Origin: the human T2T-CHM13v2.0 reference genome, Homo sapiens
Length of the DNA stretch: 64,000 nt
Assembly: GCF_009914755.1 (NCBI RefSeq)
Contig: NC_060925.1
Direction: 5' to 3' (one strand)
This document shows, piece after piece, positions 1 through 14,550 of this stretch. The notes beneath the pieces are model-generated. The model saw only the letters and a program-made list of their open reading frames with translations, had not been told where the DNA came from and did no database searches. The first letter of the stretch is position 1, and every line of letters begins with the position of its first letter. The translations under genes were made by a program, and so were the position numbers.

Positions 1-164
1 ATCTGAAGTCACCCTCCCCAGCCCCTCCATTTGGGATACTCCTCAACAAAGATTCAGACCAAACACTCACCCCTACCCCAACCCCAGGCTGATATCTGTA
101 GACAAACCTCAGCTATCAGGCAGGACAATGGTGTTGGGTGTCTAACTCTAGAGCTAGTTCAATT

Positions 165-320
165 CCTGACTCTACTGCAGACCCATTGTATGTGAGCTCC
201 GGCAAGTGACTTAGCCTTTGGTGCCTCAGTTTCCTCTTCTGTAAAGTGGGGATAACAACAGTGCCTGCCTCATGGGGCTGTGAGGATGACATGAGTTGAG
301 ACTTATAAAATTCCAAAGCT
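165..320 (+). mobile_element. MIR SINE
   Basis: MIR core 'ggcaagtgacttagcctttggtgcctcagtttcctcttctgtaaagtgggga'. Confidence 0.75.
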
Positions 321-989
321 GTGTCTGGTCCTCAGCAAACACCCATTACTCCCAGGACCCATCGTCACCCCTAGGTCACAGCCAAGCTGGAAGGGCTTTG
401 GGGTGGGCCAGTCCAACCTGCCAGAGCACAGATGGGGAAACAGAGCCCCTCAGCTGGGCCCCTCCCAGCTCCCTGCCCAACCCTGTGCACTTGAGATGTG
501 CTGGGGAGGGTGGGAAAAGGGGGGGCTCTACTTCCTGTTCCCTCCCCCTGCCTCTTCACTGGGGCCACCTCCAGAGCCAGCCTTAGCGGCTCCTAGAAGT
601 CCCCACAGCCTAGAGTTTGGCGCTGGAGCCAGATCGCTCTCTGTTCCTGTCTACTTCCTGAGCCAAGAGGCCCACCATCATGCAACAAGTCCATGGCCCA
701 GGACATGCGGGCATCTATCCAGCATTCATTTACTGAGCACCTACTGTATGCAGATCCTGCAGTGGGCATTGAGGAGACCTCAGAGACTAGAACATGGGTC
801 AAGGAGACAGACAAGAAAATAGACAGATGTAACCCCCGTGATCAGTGCCAGGATATGGCCTGCGGGTGCTGAGGAAACACCTGGCTCAGCTTGGGGGGCA
901 GGGGTGAGAGGGGGCTGGTCAGCCTTCCCTGGGCTGGGGGGTGGTATTTGGTGCAAAGACATAAAAGATGTCTTTGAGCTAATCAGATT

Positions 990-1540
990 CCTTTATTCTT
1001 TTAGTCAACAAATATTAATTGAGCACATGCTATGAGCCTAGCGCTGGAGATGATGTCAAAATGGCAGTGAACAAAATGGATGAGGTTCCTGGAGACAGTC
1101 AATAAACCCACAAGTAGATGAAACGGCAAGTGTTGATGGGCTCAAGAAGGAAGATGATGCAGGAACAGATGGATGGGAGGGAGAAGGGAGGACAGGCAGG
1201 GGCTGTTTGGGATCAAGTGGTCAGGGTAAGCCTCTGTGGGAAAGAGCACTGGGCGGAGGCCTGAGGGAGTGAGGGAGCGCCATGTGGCATCTGAGGGCAG
1301 GGTGTCCTAGGCAGCGGGAACAGCCAGGCCACAGGCCTGGGAGTGTGCAAGCATGGCCCACAGGAGGCAGTGCAGGGCGTGTGGCACAGCTGGGGTCGAC
1401 GTGTGTGTCAGAGCAAGTGGGGAGGGGAAAACGGGAGGAAGGGCTGAGTGGGAGCAGGATGGGGAGGGGCTTTGGAAGGTAAGAAGACTGGGTTTTCTCC
1501 TGGGGCCAGTGGGAGCTTTGGAAGGGTTTAGTGAGCACTT
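990..1540 (-). mobile_element. L2 LINE 3' fragment
   Basis: 'ttagtcaacaaatattaattgagcac' is the reverse complement of the L2 3' terminus; purine-rich L2-like sequence follows. Confidence 0.55.
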
Positions 1541-2289
1541 GTGCTTCTCTTGCTCATGCCAAACAGCGACCCAGATCTCCTGTCCCACATGGCAGGGGGG
1601 CGTGGGGTAAGGGTGGTCGTCCCTGCCTACCCATCCCCCAATACCACCACACGCTGGTTGTATTCAAACCTCCACCTGGGAAGACCAAGTCTCCCTACCC
1701 CAACCCCCAGCCATGGCCGAATGGTTCCCAGATCCACACAGGACAGAGGCAGGTGCCAGACCACACCAGGGCCAGTGTGTTTGAGGGACACACTCCGAGG
1801 TCTGGGCTGATGATGCCCCCACTCACAGGCCAGAGCACACCTGACAAAGGGAAGGAACCGGGAACCTTGGGTCCTATTCTGACCCTGCCCCCGAGTCCCC
1901 GTGAGCCTGGGGGAGCCCTGTCCCCTCCCTGGATATCAGTTTCCCCATGAGGACACCGCCAGGTCTTCAATGCCACAACCCCACCTTGTCCTTCTGTCTC
2001 CACAGCAGACTTGCTTCTGGGTTTGACCTTCCCAAGCTCCAGGGCTGCCCTCCCAGAGCATCCAGAAGCATCCACTCCATTTGGGCCACTCACTCCAGGG
2101 AGGCTTGAGGCCTCTGTTAAAGAGCCACACTCCGGAGACCTGCATCTCCCTAAGGCTCCCGGAACCCAGTCTCCCCTCCTACCCCGCTGCCCAGTGCTCC
2201 TCCCCTGCCCTTCTATCATCAGCTCCAGCTGCAGGAGGGGCGCCTCTGCTCATTCCACTGGAGGCTCGACCCCATGCTCATTTATTTCA

Positions 2290-2990
2290 GACATGACCTT
2301 TGATTTCTCGGGTAGAGTGTAAATTACATGTCGCCAGCATAAAATATTAAATCCAATTTATACTTAATTATTGATGCTATTATGTATTCTATAGTAATGG
2401 CAACAGAAATCTCAGCCCCCGTCCATGCCCAGTAAATAGCTTTTTTGCATTAGAGGCTCCTTGAGGTAAGAAATCTTGCTCCATTCCTTCTTAACCGTAT
2501 GATTGATGATTATGGGGAAGTTCGTAAATAGTCTTCCAGAAATATTTCTCTGGTCGTCCGTAGCTCCGAAGGAAGGGGGCGGCGGGGGGGGGGGGGGCTG
2601 TGCTAATTATCGGGGCGGTCGGGCGGATGCAGCGCGCCCCACCGCCATTTAGATGGGTGGGTTGAGGGTTGGCGAGATGGGGATGGTTTAAGCGAAACCA
2701 TGCTGAGTGGTTTAAGGCAGAGCGGAGGAGCACAGAGGTTTTCTGAAGGCTTTAAGTCACATGTAATCTTCGCATGGACATTGGGGTTTTGTTTTTTATT
2801 GAAACATTAATAATTCTGGTTTCTTGTAAAATATTCATGGTTCCTGTTGCTGCATTCAACCCCACTCTCGGCCGCTGCTTTTAATTTCCAACTCAGCCCG
2901 TGAAGGCCTCTGCCGTCGACCACCCATTGCTCCAGTGCAATTTATTAAGTGGAGGTAACGGTGGCCATTGGGTGGTCAGAAAAATCGAGC
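2290..2990. promoter_or_regulatory. Candidate enhancer / conserved non-coding element
   Basis: Repeat-free. AT-rich homeodomain/POU-like words (TAATTA, ATTAAT, TTTATT) and two GTAAATA forkhead words flank a CpG-rich core with GGGCGG boxes, a G14 run (2584-2597) and a YY1-like CCGCCATTT (2642-2650). Confidence 0.5.
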
Positions 2991-4546
2991 TCAGGGTTTC
3001 TCTGAAGCAACTAGTCGCAAGCCAGAAAGGCCCAGGAGCAGGCAAGGCTGCTGCTGGGCAGGCAGATTGAGCACTTCAGGGCTGAGCACTTCAGGACTGA
3101 GCTGGGGAAGGCAGAGGCAGGGTGGAGGAGGCAAAGGGGGATGACGAGGGAGGAAAAAAGCTGCCCAGATGGTGGGAGAGCATCGTGACAGCTCAGGGCA
3201 GGGAACAGCAGAGCAGAGCCACAAAGAGCGCAGGCTCTGAGGAGAAATGACCAGGCTCCACTCTACCTCCAACTCGCTGTGTGACCTTGGCAAGTGGCTT
3301 CACCTCTCTGAGCCTCAGATTCTCCTCTGGAAAACGGGCTCTGCTCGGCCGATGGCAGCCTCGACAGTTGCTGTCGTGTTGCATCAGTGTTGTATGTTTG
3401 GAGAGATCTTAAGAGACCTAGAAGTTTAGCCCCTTCTTTGAACAGCTGAGGAACAAAGCCCAGAGAGTGGAAGTGACTCACTCATGGTCCTGCCTTTATC
3501 ACCTTGTGAATAAGATTCCATGCCCTTTTCAACCTGAGCTCTGCAATTCAGATTCTTTAAAACCAGTCAACATTCTGAGAACATTGCCTGAGTTCATCCA
3601 TGGAGCCCTGCCCAACCACATCCCACGCCACCCCAAAAGAGCTATTAAAAGGCCTGGCTGCCATTGCAGCTGGGGTCCTGTCCCTCCCCCACCTCCCATC
3701 AGGGTCCGTCCACCAGGGTGGATGCAGTTCCCTGGGGCCCTGGCTACTGGTGCAGCGCAGCAGAGGCTTAATATTAATAGAATCCCAGAATGTCAGCCCT
3801 GGAAGTGACCTCAGCAGTCAGCTTCCTCTGCTCCATGGCTTTGTGGGTGAGGAAACTGAGGCCCAGAGGAGTTAAATGATTTGCCAAATATTGTGCAGAC
3901 ACAGACAGAACCACAGCCCCCAACCCCTTAACCTACGGATCTCTATGTTGACTCTGCCTGTGGTGTGGTGGGATGAGGAGAATTAGCCCCGAGACTTTCA
4001 GCAGGAGTGACCATAAGGCCACAGACGTCTGGGCTCCAGCCAGAGGTGGCCACCACTTGCATGTGTTTCCCAAGCCAGATCCAGCTCTCTGTGCATCTGT
4101 CTGTAATCAGAAATCTGTCTATCCACAGCCAGGCATGCTCGGATTCAAATGGCCAGATGGTCTGTGCATAGATCCTACAAGCCAAACCCCTGTAGCCCCA
4201 GTCCAGGTGTCAACACATTGAACTGAGGGGCCAGGAGGTACCAGTGTCCCCAGAGGAGTGGGAGTCCTTGTTGCCCCAGGAGACAGGTGGGGATGTGACT
4301 CTCTGGCCCACCTGCCCCAGAGGCAGAAAGGTAGCCCACAGAGCCAGCCACAAAGCCAGGAAAGGGGCACACAATCCCTGAAGCATGAGTTCCCCAAGTT
4401 CCCAGTTATCCCTGGCACTTACAGCTTTCCTCCCTTTGGTCCTAAATTCAAATATATCTTGTTATTAGTAATACAGACAACTTAGGGAAAAAAGTAAAAA
4501 CTACTCCAACTCCACCAGCAGAGATAAGCCCTAACCATTTTGTTAG

Positions 4547-4550
<4 letters not shown>

Positions 4551-4581
<31 letters not shown>

Positions 4582-4860
4582 AGAAGGAGTCTTGCTCTGT
4601 CGCCCAGGCTGGAGTGCAATGGCATGATTTTGTCCACTGCATCGTCCGCCTCCTGGGTTCAAGCGATTTCCTGCCTCAGCATCCTAAATAGCTGGGATTA
4701 CAGGCATGTGCCAGCATGCCTGGCTAATTTTTTTGTACCTTTAGTAGAGACAGGATTTCACCATGTTGGCCTGGCTGGTCTCAAACTCCTGACCTTGTGA
4801 TCTGCCCGCCTCGGCCTCCCAAAGTGCTGGGATTACAGGCGTGAGCCACCGCACCTGGCC
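4551..4860 (-). mobile_element. Alu (AluS, Sc/Sg-like), full length
   Basis: Poly-T followed by reverse-complement Alu consensus. Confidence 0.95.
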
Positions 4861-5573
4861 CCAGTTTCCATTTTAAGTGCACTTCCATTATTTTCTTCTG
4901 TGCACTTAGCCTGAACTTTCCCTTTTTTTTTTTGTTTCCTCATGTGAACAGAAACAGTAACAGAACATACTCTCCCTCTGGTTTGCACAGCTTCTGGCAG
5001 CTGCAGCACTGCCTTTTCCATATGAAGCACACTGCCAAATAACAAAGCTTGTCTCTCTCTCTTTGGGCCTCAGTTTCCCCTCTGGGCCAAGGGTGATCTC
5101 CACACACCCTACATCTCCACAGGGCCTGTAGCAGGGAGGCTTCCAGAACTGTGAGGACATCCAGAGGGACTCCTGGGTTTCTCTTTGATGTTCCCAGCCT
5201 AAAGTTCAAAGGGATGTGTCCCTTCTGTGGGGACAAGCCAGCAAGCCTTGACTCTTGCAGAAGCAGATGAGGGAGCCTGGGATCTGGGTGGCTGACAGAC
5301 CTATACTGGGATCTCACAGGGAAGACCCAGAGTCCAGACTGTGGCCTCGATTCGTTTAAGCGTGTTGGAAGAGGCATCAGTAGATCCAAGATCTGTTCCC
5401 CAAGGCCACCCCGGGCCTCACCTGGGAAACTCATTAACAAAAGAGATCACTGGACCTCACCTGGGGGATTCTGATTCTGTAGGTCTGAAAAGAGCCCCCA
5501 GCCCACCAGTCCCAGAGTTTGCTTTCGTCAGGGGGAATAGGCCCTACCCAAGAATTTGATCCAAGATAAATTA

Positions 5574-6055
<482 letters not shown>

Positions 6056-6439
6056 AAGAAATCTCTGCTTGTGGGTCATGGCTGAGACATTTCCAGAAGC
6101 ATGATGTCTAGCATCAACTTTGAAATTGGTCACTGCCCTGTACTGACATTACCCCCTGCTACTCTCCAATTTTCAGGAAATGCCTGCTGCATACAATATC
6201 TTGTGTTGGGGGAGCTTTGGGAGTATAGAGGCAGAGAGGGGGTGTCCAGTATGGAGCAAAGAGGGTGGCAAGAGAGGAAGCCATCTAGGAAATCTAAGGT
6301 GTGTCCAGAGTAAGTGGCAGTAGGAATGTCTAAGGCCACAGCACAGAAATCATTCTGCAGGATGAGTGAGGGCAAATGGCGTTTTCCCTAAATGCACCAG
6401 AGGATGGAGACCCTCAAAAAGGGAGGAGGAAATACTTGG

Positions 6440-6895
6440 TGTATCAGTTAAGAGTGTTTGATTGCATACTGAAAAAAACAGTAACAGTGACTTAAACAAG
6501 GTAAAGGTTTATTTTTCACATAAGTCAGGAAGTAGGAGTCCACGTATGGTGGTTCTGCAATGTCCTCAATATCCTCAGCCCCTTGTATCTTTCTCCCTCA
6601 CCATCCTTTGCACACAGCTTCCATCCTCGTGGTTGCCTCATGTTCCAAAATGGTTGCTGATGCATCAGCCATCAGATATGCATTCCAGGTAGAAAGAAGC
6701 ACAAAAGAGCAAAAATGTCAAGTGCCAGCTGTCTGAATCCCCTTTCAGAGCTTTCCAAATAGTCCCCCCAAACCCCCAACAACTTCCACTGGGCCACAAA
6801 TCTAGTCATACGGTTACATCAAGCTACAAGATAAACTGGAAAATGTGTTCTTTTAACAGACACAGGGCTGCCCTGGGTAAAACTGAGGTTCTGGT
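6440..6895 (-). mobile_element. MaLR LTR (MLT1-type)
   Basis: 'tgtatcagttaag...cagtgacttaaacaag' and 'tccaaaatggttgctg' resemble an antisense MLT1 LTR. Confidence 0.55.
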
Positions 6896-7132
6896 ACTAA
6901 GAAGGAGCAGGCAATCACCAGTCTCTGGCAGAGACAGGTTTCACTTAGAGTAAGCAAAAATCTGTTGCCCTCTGGCTTCTACCTGTGGGTCCTGGTTCTG
7001 CCCTTTGGAAAAGTCTTTATAATTTCTAGTCTGTCTTCTAAATGACAGCCTTCCTCTGAACATTATCTTTTCTGGTTATTTCAGGCCCTTAACCACTTTT
7101 TAGGACACAGGCTGAGATAAGATGTAAAGCTT

Positions 7133-7183
7133 TCCTTATATCATTTCACAGATACTCTCCTTATATCATTTCACAGATACTCT
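7133..7183. repeat. Perfect 25-bp tandem duplication
   Basis: TCCTTATATCATTTCACAGATACTC x2. Confidence 0.95.
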
Positions 7184-8765
7184 TCAGTGTGCCCCCCACC
7201 TGCCCTCAACACACAGACACACACAAAACAGACACTCGAGCTCACAGTTGGATGGCCATGGAACAAACCCTTGGCAGGGTGCTGAATCTGAACACGGGAG
7301 GAAGGAGGACGTGCAGGCAGTGGGAGCCTCCCTGGAGGAGTGAAGTTTCAGCTGAGTCTGGAGGCGCGAGGAGTCAGCTAGGAAATGAGTGTGGGGAAGA
7401 GCATTCCAGGCAGAAGGAACAACAGGAAGGAAGGCCCAGAGTCACCGGAAGTGAGAGGAATAAGAGAGTACTCAGGGAACTAAAACAAACGGGGGTATGG
7501 CAGCGCTTCAGGACCTAGGAAGAGAGGAGCTCGAGGCGAGGACCTACCCACTGGGCATAATCTTTAGGAAGGTTGTTCAATCAGCAATGCTCCACCTGTT
7601 CTTGCCAACACCTAGCCTGGGCATTGTATCAAAAAGACAATGGAGTTAGTTCGGCAAGACTTTATTCCCAGGAGTCATCACTTTCAGTTGTTTTTCACTC
7701 TTCTAGAATGTTCCAGTAGTGCAAGGCTATGCCTCGTGGTTGGTCAGTAATTGCTCAGAATCTGAATATTCCTCTTTTTTGAAAATGATACAAGGCCCAG
7801 CACCACCCCCCCACCACCTCCCCACTCTCGCCAGCCTTCTAATGCCACGCTGGTTTTCATTCCTTAGGGATGGACATTATGGGGTCACTTCAGAGGTTCT
7901 TGCAGGGCTTGAAGATCTGAAGTCATGTAAAGGACCCTAGTATTCTCCTGTGGTGTTCTCACCTATCTTGGGCTGCCATTTATTTTTAACCATATTTGGT
8001 CTGCAAGTTGCCAAGAAACCATGTAGAGAAAACCAGTGTGGTTTGGGTTAAGCCCCAACAGGGTGCAGACAGCAGCCAAACTATTTCCTTCTTCCTCTAA
8101 GATTTCTTCTGCCGTCTTAGCCCAGAGCAGACCTGAAGAAAGCTCTCTCTGCAACCCTCTACTGCACCAGCTCCCCCAAGCTCTCCAGAGAGCCCAGCCC
8201 CAGCCCTCACCTGGAACCACTCCCTGACACTGGGGCGTGGGTTCTTCCGGTGGGAAATTGGCCAAGCACTGACCATAGAGACTATAAGGACGAAGGGAGG
8301 AATAGAGAGGCCTCCTCAGAAAGGCAGCAAGAAACAGCTCCGTGGAACATGGGGGGAAATGGATCAGGGAGATCATGGAGAGCACACACACTGAGCCTCA
8401 CAGAGGGCAAGTGGAGCCCCCATCTCTTCCATCTTGGAAGGCTGATCATATTAAAAAGTGGGAGGAAATACTGACACAAAGTGCAAATATCAAGATCTAT
8501 TTCAAATATTCACATGTAGCTAATTTAACACCCTAAAGATTACAGGGCAATTTAGTTGTGATATTCTCAAGATTGCTCCAGGACTGATGCTAACGCATGT
8601 AAATTTGTAGTGTCCTCCACAGTGAGGGGAAGTAATGGAACAGATTCTTCTCTCAGCTGAGTGGAAGGCCCTGTGTGATGGGTGTGTAACCTCATTTCAG
8701 GAGATTATCAAAAGTTAATGAGAGGCTCTTCCCAAATATCTCCAAGGAAGGACCATACACTAGAG

Positions 8766-8979
8766 CAATGGTTCTTAATAAGGAATGATTCTGGCCCTCT
8801 GAAGACATTTGGCAAAGTCTGGAGACATTTTTGGTTGTCATAACTGTGAGGGTTGCTACTGGCATCTGTTAGGTAGAGGCCAGGGATGCGGCTAAACATT
8901 CTACAACGCACAGGACAGCCCCCACCACGGAGAACTGCCCTGGCCCAAATGCCAATCATTCCAAGGTTGAGAAACCCTG
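8766..8979 (+). mobile_element. MER20 (hAT-Charlie DNA transposon)
   Basis: 'gacatttggcaaagtctggagacatttttggttgtcataact...gtagaggccagggatgcggctaaaca...ggttgagaaaccctg' matches the MER20 consensus. Confidence 0.9.
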
Positions 8980-9199
8980 GCCTTGAATGAGGCTACTCTA
9001 GATCCTCTCTACCAAAGCTGAAAGCCAAGCCTTGGCGATGACCACAGGGAAGAAGGAATGCAGAGACTGAGTCCCGCCAAGTTAAAAGGGCTTGGAAGAA
9101 AGCTTGGGCTTCACACAGGTCTGCCCTAACAAAGTGTAAAACCAAACCCACACACACACACTTAAGGTGATCGGCCAGTGATTAATTATCTAACTGAAC

Positions 9200-9990
<791 letters not shown>

Positions 9991-10491
9991 TGTCCAAGGT
10001 TCTACAAAGAGAAGAGCTGGGCTTGGAATCTGGTTCCTGTGGTTCAACGATAGGCTATGTCCTCTGTCACATGCTCCACAGGGGACCATGAAGGTACCTG
10101 TCCAAACCCAAAAGCCAGTGATCCTGTGGGTCTCTTGGTGAAGGAGCAGCTCAGAGACACGTTTGGGCACAGCCCGATTTTCTGGTACCACCATCCTGGT
10201 TCCATTTCCTGCTCTTGTTCTTCTAGCCTTGAATCACTGTTTCTAGCATCAGCACATCATCATCCTTTCTGGAATCAGGGTGAGTAAAATTTGGTGATAA
10301 ATGTGGACAACCCAACAAAGAACATTCTCTTCCCAACTCAAATGGGGAGGGATCTGGGACTTACAGACTGCTTCAGCCCTATCAGGAGTGGGCTGTGGCA
10401 GGACTGTCACTCTCCTGCTGCCTTGTCTGGACCTGGTTTGAGCCTGGCACAACTCTGGGCTCTGTAGGGAGTACAGAGAAACCCCAACTCC

Positions 10492-10492
<1 letters not shown>

Positions 10493-10530
<38 letters not shown>
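10493..10530. repeat. (CA)n microsatellite
   Basis: About 19 AC units. Confidence 0.95.
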
Positions 10531-10532
<2 letters not shown>

Positions 10533-12017
10533 CTCAGGGCACAGGTAGACACGGAGCCACATAGCCACAGGAGGACATCAACACACATACACTGAGTACG
10601 TACTGTAGACCAGGCGCTGAGGCACTAGCAGAATTTGGATAAGTAGAGAAGAAGGTGGCAGAAACACATAACCTGCATTTCAAGGGTAATACAAGATCTA
10701 GCTGCCTAGCTGGAGGGGGACATCTTCATTCATTCATTCGTTGTACCAATATTTATCAGGCACTCTTCTAAGGGATACAGCTGAAGAGATCTGGGGCCAT
10801 AGAAAGGTGGGCTTCCACCCCAGGTGAGCACTTTAATGGGCCTGTGGAGCCCCAGCAAGTTGCTGAGCCGTGGACTGGCAGGAGCAGTGCCCAAGTCTGG
10901 GCTGCACCTGAGCAGGGCCCCAGCCAGCTCTTCCCAGTCACAGGCAGGGGCTGGCTTCACCTTGGGCTTCAGGGCAGTTCCCACCCAAAAGTGCAGCCCC
11001 TCTGCAGTGCCCTGGGCTCAGCTAAGACTGGCTCCTGGCTGTAAGAACATCGGCCTCTTCCCCTCCATTGGGGTTGAGTGGGCAGAGCGGTTGGCCTCAG
11101 CACATGATCATTCCTTGCCTATTCACTCATCATCCCAATTAGTGAGCTGGTGGGAGCTGCCCCCTCATTTCCACAATGATCTATCTGCACGTGCCTAATC
11201 CCAGGAGCTGAGCCAAGAGAAAAAGTGATAGCAAGGTCTTGAGACTTCTCTGAAGGGGCTGGGCTGGGGTGTTTTGGGGTAGAGCCACTGAAATTGACGG
11301 GTCCAGGGAGGACCTATGGAGACCCAAATTTGAAATCTGGTGCCTATGTCAGGAAACAGGACAAAAGCTGGTGGATTAATGACAGCATTTCACATCAAGG
11401 CTCACAGAGTTGAGCATTCTCAGACCAAAGAGTCCATCTTTTCTCCATACACAAGGCGAGGGGAAGCAGGGAGAAATACAAGAAAACAATCACAAACCAA
11501 AGCTGAGGCCAGCAGGGACAAGGCACCGCAGCGTGTTTTTGGCTGCTTCTTTCTTCTCTGTCTTCTCCTGGCAGAGTGCAGCTTCCCCTTTGCTGACCAG
11601 ACAGCACTGACCATCGGCCTCGAGAGATCTGGACTCCTTTAGCCCAAGTCGCTTCTAGTTGCTGTTGACACATTCACCACCTGCTTCCTGCTCTGCCAGA
11701 GCCACTCCAGGGAGGGCGTGATGGGGAAGAAGAGCTCTGGTCCCTCCTGTCTGCACGCAGTCCCAGGTCAGAGACAGCTGCGGTCACAGCCTCTTCCCCT
11801 CCTCTCTCTGCATGCAGCCACCCCCTGCCTCCTGTCACTAGCTCAGCTCAAAGGGCACCTCACAAAACAAGCCCCGGTGTGCACAGGGACATACGTGCAC
11901 CCAAGATGTTCACCACAGCATTGCTTTAGCAGAATTCATCAGGTCAGTACAACAAAAGATCACACATTAAACATAAGACAGTCAGAGAGTGGGAAGTTGT
12001 TTATAATACACTAAGTC

Positions 12018-12201
12018 AGTGGTTCACGAATTTGCAGAGCAGCAGAACAATCTGGAGGGTTTGTTAAAACACAGACCACTGGACCCCACCCCCAGAGTCT
12101 CTGAGGTTTGGGGTTGAGAGGGAAAGCAAGAATTTGCACTTCTGACAAGCTCCCGGGTGATACGGATGTTGCTGTCAAGGGTCACACTTTGAGAGCCACT
12201 A
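12018..12201. mobile_element. MER5A (hAT-Charlie MITE)
   Basis: 'cagtggtt...ggagggtttgttaaaacacaga...agaatttgcacttctgacaagctcccgggtgat...cacactttgagagccact'. Confidence 0.8.
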
Positions 12202-12281
12202 CATTAAGTAATAAAGAAAATTCAAAAATATATGCAACCTGATATCATTGTGGTTATGTGTAAATAAATGATTAAGATACT

Positions 12282-12590
<309 letters not shown>

Positions 12591-13819
12591 TCACTGTCTC
12601 TGTGTAATGACATCGATTCGAGGCTTTTTATCATTTTATTTTTTTTTCTGAAAAAAAGTTGTCTGCAGTAAACACAGTTATTTTTGTAATGAGAGAAAAA
12701 TATTTAGGCACTTCCTTCATGACACCTCCCCAGGCATCCCCAGAGAGAAGTAACTGCCCCTCCCATCTCCCCCTTTCTGCTGGTGTCCTGCGGAGCTCTC
12801 CCTTCTGCCTTGTGTGGGTTAAGCTGTCCCCACACCTGTCCCCATCAATAGGCAGGAAATGCCTTACACAGGAACTCTAGCTCAGGCACCTCCCTGTCCC
12901 CACACAGGGCCTGGCATAGCGCATCTTTCTCCATCCAAAGCCAGTGGGAACTCACAAAGTGGGGTGGAGGTCATAAAACGAACGTGGACTCCCCAGTCCA
13001 GTGGCCTGGGACAAGCCTGAATTCTGCCACTGCTTGGCTTTGAGCTGTTTGGTCCCAACTATGGGTTCTGGGTTCTGGAATGGCCTAGCCTGCCCCCACT
13101 GGCCACCAGCTTGGCCTTCATAGCACCCAAAACCATAGCACCACCCCAGTTGGCTCCACATCAAAGGCCCTCCCCCACCAGGAAGCATTCTGGTTACCAA
13201 AATGGTCATTGGTGATGGCACCATTGTCCAGAGAGTCCCTGCAGGCCTGGAGATGCATTCCTTCAGGCCCAAAGACATGACTAGAAAACTGCACAATTGT
13301 CCTAACTCCAACACTTACCAGTAGCATGACCCTATATAAATAAACTTGCTATCTCTGCATCTTTATTTACCCACTTGTCCCATAATAAGGTTGCATTAGA
13401 GAAGTGACACTCACACTGCCCCCTCCTCAACCTCCCCCTGACAGACATGATTAATCAATCACATTATCCTATCTCCCTGAGCCAGGAAGCAGCCTCAGAA
13501 TTTTCTTAACGCTAATTTCCAAGCATAGTTCTCCAATGCAAGCAAACCTTCAAGATAAAAGTTATTAAAATTAATTAATTGATTTTTTAAAAATATAAAA
13601 GCCATTTGCCATTGCTGACCTATATTATTCCCTGTTTCCCTGAAACCTAGAACAATGCTCAGCAGAGTAGCCATAGTCAATCTTCGTTCAATGAATCTAC
13701 ATGGATACACACCAGCTGTCACCGGTTATTATGAAAGGGAAATCTTTGGTAGCCACCAACCATCCTGTGCAAACTCCAGACCAACTACTTCCTCCTTCCA
13801 GGATCCCTGACCATTGAGT

Positions 13820-13853
13820 TGGCGCCCTCTGCTGTCCGTTGGCTGGTACTGCA
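13820..13853 (-). promoter_or_regulatory. CTCF site with core and upstream (M2/U) motif
   Basis: Minus strand TGCAGTACC-agccaa-CGGACAGCAGAGGGCGCCA; core fits CCASYAGRKGGCRC with one mismatch, upstream motif at 6-bp spacing. Confidence 0.75.
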
Positions 13854-14264
13854 AAGGACTGTCCATTCTCAGCCCTAAGGAACTGTGAAAATTGAGCAGA
13901 GAACGATGCCAGCCATTGACCTCGTAGTAAACAGACCCAAACTTCCTCATCATGATGACCTCCTGGGGTGGCTTTGGATGCAGTCGGCTGCAAGCCCCGC
14001 CAGACACCATGCACGTGAGTATCATTTAGTCTCTTTGAGCTTTGTTTTATCCTCCTCCCCTCTCCTTCCTGTGTCATCCGCAGAACTGAGGGCCCTCTGT
14101 TCCAATTCTCTCACTCCACAGCTGATAGGATTGAGGCCAAGTGAGGAGAGGGGATCAGTTCAAGGTCTCACACACCACTCAAACCAGAACTCGGGTCCCC
14201 ATACTCCCAGCTCTGGGCTCATTGACACACCAGGTTGCCTTCCTCTTCTCTAACAGGTGGGACA

Positions 14265-14550
14265 GGACAGGCACAGTGGCTCACGCCTGTAATCCCAGCA
14301 CTATGGGAGGCCGAGGTGGGTGGATCATGAGGTCAGGAGTTTGACACCAGCCTGGCCAACATGGTGAAACCCTGTCTCTACTAAAAATACAAAAATTAGC
14401 CAGGCATGGTGGCACACACCTGTAATTCCAGCTGCTCAGGAGGCTGAGGCAGGAGAATTGCTTGAACCTGGGAGGTGGAGATTGCAGCGAGCTGAGATCA
14501 CGCTATTGCACTTCAGCCTGGGCGACAGAGCAAGACTCTGTCCCCCAAAA
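14265..14550 (+). mobile_element. Alu (Sg-like), A-tail almost lost
   Basis: Alu consensus ending 'gactctgtcccccaaaag'. Confidence 0.92.

Noticed and set aside
3069-3102. 15-bp tandem duplication TGAGCACTTCAGG(G/A)C
   Set aside because: Ordinary short slippage duplication with no further signal
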